Source of the DNA: Chlorokybus atmophyticus
Taxonomy: Eukaryota > Plantae > Mesostigma and Chlorokybus algae
NCBI GenBank assembly: GCA_009103225.1
Contig: RHPI01002262.1
Coordinates: 350,317-414,316 of the forward strand
Direction: 5' to 3'
Length of the DNA stretch: 64,000 nt
The position numbers and the translations under genes are program-made. Under the pieces are notes generated by a model. The model was not told the DNA's origin. It did no database searches and saw only the letters and a list, made by a program, of their open reading frames with translations. Positions within the stretch are counted from its first letter, which is position 1. Every line of letters begins with the position of its first letter. Shown piece after piece: positions 58,580 to 64,000 of the stretch.

Positions 58580-61500
58580 CTTCGTCCTCGAAGCTGACGA
58601 CTGCCTCCTCTGGCCTTGTAGTCTTGCAAGACCTGTTTGGCATTGGTAAAGCTCTCCTCGGGCTCGTATGTCGCCTCGTGCATTGGATAGCCACGCCACT
58701 TCACTCAATACTTGCGCACGCCTCGGATCAGCTTGTCCGTGACAATTGCTTCCACTTCCCACTCAGCCTCACCTTCACGAACCACATCTGGAGGCGGACG
58801 AGCTGGTGGCTCCCCTCGATAACCTTTAAGAAGCGAGACATGAAAAACAGGGTGCACATGCATGGTATTGGGCAGCTCCAGCTTGTAGGCCACCTTCGAG
58901 ATGACCTTGATCACTTTAAAGGGCCCAAACCATCGCTCACTCAGCTTGCGCACCCCCGTGACCAGCTGCACATGCTTGGTTGAAAGCATTACAAGGTCAC
59001 CCTCCTCGAACACAACATCCTTGCGACGCGCATCGGCGTATTGCTTTTGCCGGTTTTGCGCCACAAGCGGAGCCTCTCAAGCTGCCTTGGTAATGTCGGC
59101 ACACCTTTCAAGAAAGCCGTCCACGGCCTCCACATCTGAACTTTGCATGCTAGGCACCCACGCCGTCAATGGCGTCAATGGATGTTGCCCATAGTTCATA
59201 AGGAAAGGTGTCACGCCCGTGCTTGCACTCTTGTGGTTGTTAATGGTGAACTCAATCAGCTCCAGCATGTCTCCCCAATTGTCTTGGCGGCTGTTCACAT
59301 AGCACCGTAGCATGTCTTCGATGACGCGGTTGGCGCGCTCCGTTTGGCCGTCCGTTTCAGGGTGGTACGCGGTGCTGAACTTCAAGCTCGTGCCTAGAGT
59401 TGCGTGGAGAGCTCTCCAAAAGTTGCCAGTAAACCGCGGGTCTCTATCACTGATAATGCTTCTGGAAAGGCCATGAGAGCGCACCACATGCTTGATGAAC
59501 AACTTGGCAGCCTCGGGAGCTGTGCAAGTCTCCGTACATGGCGCCAATCGCACCATTTTGCTAGTCTTGTCCACAAACACCAAGATAGCATCATGCCCTT
59601 CACGTGTCCGTGGCAGCCCCGTGATGAAGTCAAGAGTAACTTGCTCCCACTTCGTCAAAGGTATCGGCAATGGTTGGAGCAGCCCACTGGCGCGTTGATT
59701 GCTCGCCTTCACCCTTTGACAAGTGTCGCACAATGCCACATAGTCCTTAACGTCACGATGCATCTCCGACCAGAAAAATTTCTGTTTCAACAAGGCTAGT
59801 GTCCGTTCCAGCCCTTGATGACCAGCCATTGGCACATCATGCGCTTCCTTCATCAATGCCACGCGCATGTGCGCAATGTTGGGTATGTACATGCGATCGC
59901 CATGCCATAGCAGCCCGTCCTTCAATGCCCAAAGGCCGCTATGTTCAGTCCCATTCTCCAACGCCTCAATGGTCTTCTCCCCCACCGCGTCCTCATGCAA
60001 TAAGGCACGGATCTGGTCAAGCCACTTGGGCTGCACTTGCACCACCGTTTCAAGCGCGTTGAGTTGACGGCTTAATGCGTCCGCAACCTTATTTGAAGAG
60101 CCCGGCTTGTACTTCACTTCAAAGTCGAAGAGTTGGAAGAACTCGAGCCAACGAGCTTGCCGCCGTGAGAGGTGAGGCTGCGCTTGAAGGTACCTTAATG
60201 GCGAGTGGTCCGTCTCAAGTGTGAACCGCTTGCCTTCAAGGAAACAACGCCATTGCTGTAGCGCTAGCACCTGCGCCAGCAATTCCTTCTCATGAACGGG
60301 GTAGTTGAGCGCAGCCCCGCTCATCTTCTTGCTGAAATAGGCCACCGGTTGCAAGCCGTTGCCGTGATCCTGCTGCAAAACAGCCCCAATAGCCTTGTCG
60401 GACGCATCACACGCCACCACAAAGGGCAATTGCATGTTGGGATGCAGCAGCACGGGAGCCGATGTCAGGGCCTCTTTCAAGTCGGAAAATGCCTTTGTTG
60501 CAGCCTCCGACCAGCTCCAAGCCACCCCCTTCCTCAACAATGCCGTCAATGGTGCCGCCAAGTGCGAAAAGCCCTTTACAAACTTACGATAGTAGCCGGC
60601 AAGCCCTAGGAACGACATGACACCCTTCACGTCCTTCGGGGCAGCCCAATCGCGCACCGCGGCAAGCTTGCTTGGATCTGCCTTGATTCCTTGCTTGGAT
60701 ACAATGTGGCCAAGGTATTCTACCTCTTCAAGCAAGAAGCGGCACTTGTTGAGCTGAGCAAACAACTTGTGTGTACGTAAACGCTGCATCACCTCGTGTA
60801 GCAATGCCACGTGCTCTCTCTTGCTCTTTGTGTACACAAAGATGTCGTCGAGGTACACTAGCACGCCCTTGCCAATCAGATCAGCAAAGACCTCATTCAT
60901 CAAGGTTTGAAAGGTTGCCGGAGCGTTTGTCATGCCAAAGGACATCACCAACCACTCATAGTGGCCATAGCGAGTGTTGAAAGCCGTCTTCTCAACGTCT
61001 TCGGGCGCAACACGGATCTGATGGTAGCCACCAGCTAGGTCCAAGCTTGAGAAGAACTCAGCACCCTCGAGCTGCTCCAACAACTCATCAATGCGTGGCA
61101 AAGGGAACACATTCTTCTTGGTGATGTTGTTGAGTGGCCGATAGTCGATGCACATGCGCAAGGCTCCGCTCTTCTTACGTACAAATAGGATAGGTGCACC
61201 GTAAGGAGACTTGTTGTGCCTGATGTACCCACGTTGTAGAAGGTCCTTGACTTGGCTCCTCGCCTCTTCGAGTTCAGCCGGAGACAACTTGTACACCGGT
61301 CGGTACGGCGGCTTGTGCACGCCCTCTATCAGTTCCACACGGTGATCAACACTTCGCGTGGGTGGCAGACCAGCTGGTAGCCCATCCACCATGACGTCTT
61401 TGAACTCTTCAAGCAACCTCTGCACCTCGGGGTCCTTCGAACTCTCCGAACCAGTGCCGACCAGCTCCAAGTCCGACTTGGGAGGTGTCTCACGCACCAT

Positions 61501-62283
61501 GCACAGCCATGCATCCTTCACATTGTTCCCGGACCAGATCTGCTCCATCTTGGTCTTAGAAACTTGTGACACCAGCTCTGGAACCCCTCCCCTTGAGCTA
61601 GAAGCATGTTGTGGTGCAGCTTGCTGGCGCGCCGTCGTGTCGTGCGCGTCACGCGCATGCAGCACATTGCTAGCAGCCTCGACGCAGCTCACACGCTCTT
61701 GAACCACACACGCGCCTTGCATTGAAGCATTGAAGCACATCAAAACCTCACCACCAGCTTCCGGGGTAGTGAGCACCCGCTTCCTCCAATCAATGGCGGG
61801 GTTATGTGACCAAAGCCAAGGCAGCCCCAAAATGCCATCAAAGCCGTTGTTCAGCTCGATGCAGCAAAACCGTAGGCGATCCTTCATCATCCCCACGTGC
61901 ATTTCAAGCTCTTTGCTTTGCTTGGAAGCTCCTCCTGCTGGCGCATAGCCGTCCGCTAGAGCCACCGAGCCGGCATTTGCCCATGACAACCACTTGTGCC
62001 GACGCGCAACCTCACGACTCATGAAATTGCTGTTCGCGCCGCAATCCACCAGCATCTTGCACTCCATCCATGGCCCATTGCCCTCACGGATCAGAGCCAT
62101 GACTCCCAACAGCTGCCTCGCCTTGTCGGGCACTCGAACCATACCGCTTTGCGTTGCCGTTGCGCACATGCCGCCAACCGTCAACAACGCTTCCACGCCA
62201 GCCGCTGGACATTCAACATCATAGTGAGGCTGCATCACCACCTCAGCAGGAGCCTCTCCAGCTACTGAGGTGAGCCGTTTCCC
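58580..62283 (-). pseudogene. Chromovirus pol (protease DCG, RT YLDD, RNase H, integrase, chromodomain) with two late in-frame stops
   Basis: Open for 1054 aa to a TGA at 59077. Continues in frame AQNRQKQYAD...EWEVEAIVTDKLIRGVRKY*VKWRGYPMHEATYEPEESF. Confidence 0.9.
62210..62283 (-). promoter_or_regulatory. Predicted -1 ribosomal frameshift signal: G GGA AAC plus downstream H-type pseudoknot
   Basis: Heptamer at 62277-62283 is in gag phase and pol is open in the -1 frame. Stem CCTCAGTAG/CTGCTGAGG starts 6 nt downstream; loop GAGGCT is complementary to a downstream AGCCTC. Confidence 0.78.
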
Positions 62284-63308
62284 GGCTGCAACATCTCCTC
62301 CTCCACCATGTTCACGCGTCCACCGCTGCGAGCGTTGCGGGCATGTGCAGCAGACTTTGCCTTATAGATAGGGCAGTTGGAGCGCACGTGATCAGCAGAA
62401 GAGCACTCCCAGCACTTCCGAACAGCCTTGGCAGCCTCCCGACCCTTTGGGGCCTTCATAGCAACATGGAGCGCACCCAATTCCATTAGAGTTGGTCCAA
62501 AGCCAGCCCCCTGAGCTGCTGCAGCTCCCGAACCAGCCCCAACAGATGCGTATGAGCGATACGAACCTCCACGGAAGTGATTGTAATGTCCACGGTCAGT
62601 GTTTTTGGCAGCCCCCTTGAAGTACAACACGTCCGTGCGCTCAGCAATGCGAATGGCCTCCGCGAGAGTCTTGGCGTCACGAAGCTCAACTTCCTTGCGA
62701 CAAAGAGTCTTCAACCCGCGCGTGTAGCGGTCCAGCTGCTCCTCCTCAGTCATGTTCGGTACAGAGAGCACAAGACGCTGAAACGCAGAGGTATAGGCCA
62801 TCACGGACTGCGTTTGCACAAGCGTAGAGAGCTGGTCGCGTGCCGTCTTCACACTCTCCACCGGTACGAACTGTTTCTTCACCTCAGCAGCCAGCTCAGC
62901 CACGGTAGTGAAAGGAACCTCAAGACCAGCTTCCACACGAGCACAACGATGACGCCACCACACAAGTGCAGCTCCCTCAAAGAAAGTAGCAGCCACATCG
63001 ACACGGAGATGTATAGGTACCTCGGTGAGCTTTAACCATGTCGAAACGGCAAACACCCACTCCTCCACACAGTCACCGTCCCTCTGACCCTTGAATGGCT
63101 TTGGTTTTGGTAGCTTCACATGACGAGAGGCTGATGGGGCAACCACAGGAGCTGTAACGGGCGTGGACGCGCGCGCTTGCGCCATGGCTTGTTGAAATTG
63201 TGCCACTTGAGCTTGGGCAGATGCTTGGACACGTTGCAGCTCCTCATGAGCAGCTACCAGCACTTGCTGAAGCTCCACAACACGTGCATCATCCATGGTA
63301 GCGTCCAT
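62262..63308 (-). CDS. Chromovirus gag
   Basis: KLPKPKPFKG...VEEW...AATFFEGAALVWW retrotransposon-gag pattern; CWECSSADHVRSNC knuckle. Confidence 0.9.
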   Translation of the reverse strand: MDATMDDARVVELQQVLVAAHEELQRVQASAQAQVAQFQQAMAQARASTPVTAPVVAPSASRHVKLPKPKPFKGQRDGDCVEEWVFAVSTWLKLTEVPIHLRVDVAATFFEGAALVWWRHRCARVEAGLEVPFTTVAELAAEVKKQFVPVESVKTARDQLSTLVQTQSVMAYTSAFQRLVLSVPNMTEEEQLDRYTRGLKTLCRKEVELRDAKTLAEAIRIAERTDVLYFKGAAKNTDRGHYNHFRGGSYRSYASVGAGSGAAAAQGAGFGPTLMELGALHVAMKAPKGREAAKAVRKCWECSSADHVRSNCPIYKAKSAAHARNARSGGRVNMVEEEMLQPGNGSPQ

Positions 63309-64000
63309 AAACAGAAAAATACCTCACACACTAAAAAGATAGTTAATATCCCCTTAAAACAAGAAACCCAACCCCTCCAAGGGCTCCGATACCACTGTAA
63401 CGATGCTCGTGCTCACATACACAGCACACAAGTCATGCAACACATGTGTGCAGCTGAGCACAATCTTCACACCGGAACCTTGCCTTCACTCGCGCACGCA
63501 CGCACGCGTCGAGCGCGCCAACGCACACGAACACTACTACTTCTCACGCCAAGCAAAAACGCAGCAGTGTGCCTTGGACCACAACTCCCTCAAGTATGCA
63601 CCAGCATACTCACAGCAGAGAGCAAAAAACAAAGTTGGTTGCCTTACACAGGTTTTTTCTATTTATACAAGCACTAGGAAGAAATAGCCTAATTAACAGG
63701 CATTTCATTATTCACTACCAAATCTAAAGGCAGGTCCAAGTGCAGGTTCCCCGCCACGCGCGTTGGGCCTCCGGCGGCTGTGTGACTATGCAGTCCGCGT
63801 CACCTGGCACTGCACAGCGCGTGTCCAGTCAGCGGCTGTGTCACAACCGCGTGGCAGGTGGGTCACGTCGCCGAATTAGCTGCTGTCGAGCAGGTCGCAG
63901 GCGAGTCGCGCGCGGCAGTAGGGGCAGGCGCCACATGGGCTTAATAAAGCTCATATAAGCCCTCATCAAGCCAGCAAAAAAGGCAAAATAAGTACTTTAT

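Larger units (their letters stand above)
57922..64000 (-). mobile_element. Ty3/Gypsy chromovirus: 3' LTR 57922-58559, 5' LTR from 63396 running past the window end
   Basis: PBS TGGTATCGGAGC (tRNA-iMet 3' end type) next to 63396; G-rich PPT next to 58559; gag, PR, RT, RH, INT and chromodomain present. Confidence 0.95.

Overview
Eukaryotic genomic DNA, most likely from a flagellate-stage green or streptophyte alga; this is inferred from BBS4 occurring with a plant-type cationic amino acid transporter and plastid YLMG2. Bases 1-17.4 kb hold four intron-rich genes, all on the minus strand: BBS4, a CAT/APC transporter, an uncharacterised Cys-repeat type I membrane protein and YLMG2. From about 17.8 kb to the end is a nested LTR-retrotransposon block. 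Its backbone (20896-48567, minus) is a degenerate Ty3/Gypsy element whose pol carries a Dnmt3-like C5-cytosine methyltransferase between protease and RT, and a PHD finger after the integrase. Nested in it are a 2725-bp Copia/Gypsy chimeric tandem array, a solo LTR, an intact Copia with apparently identical LTRs inside an older copy of its own family, a 508-bp TRIM with tRNA-type Pol III A/B boxes and an 8-bp-TSD MITE. To the right lie two more Copia elements, a second integrase-PHD fragment and a chromovirus with a -1 frameshift site and predicted pseudoknot. All homology calls come from motif recognition by eye; no searches were run.
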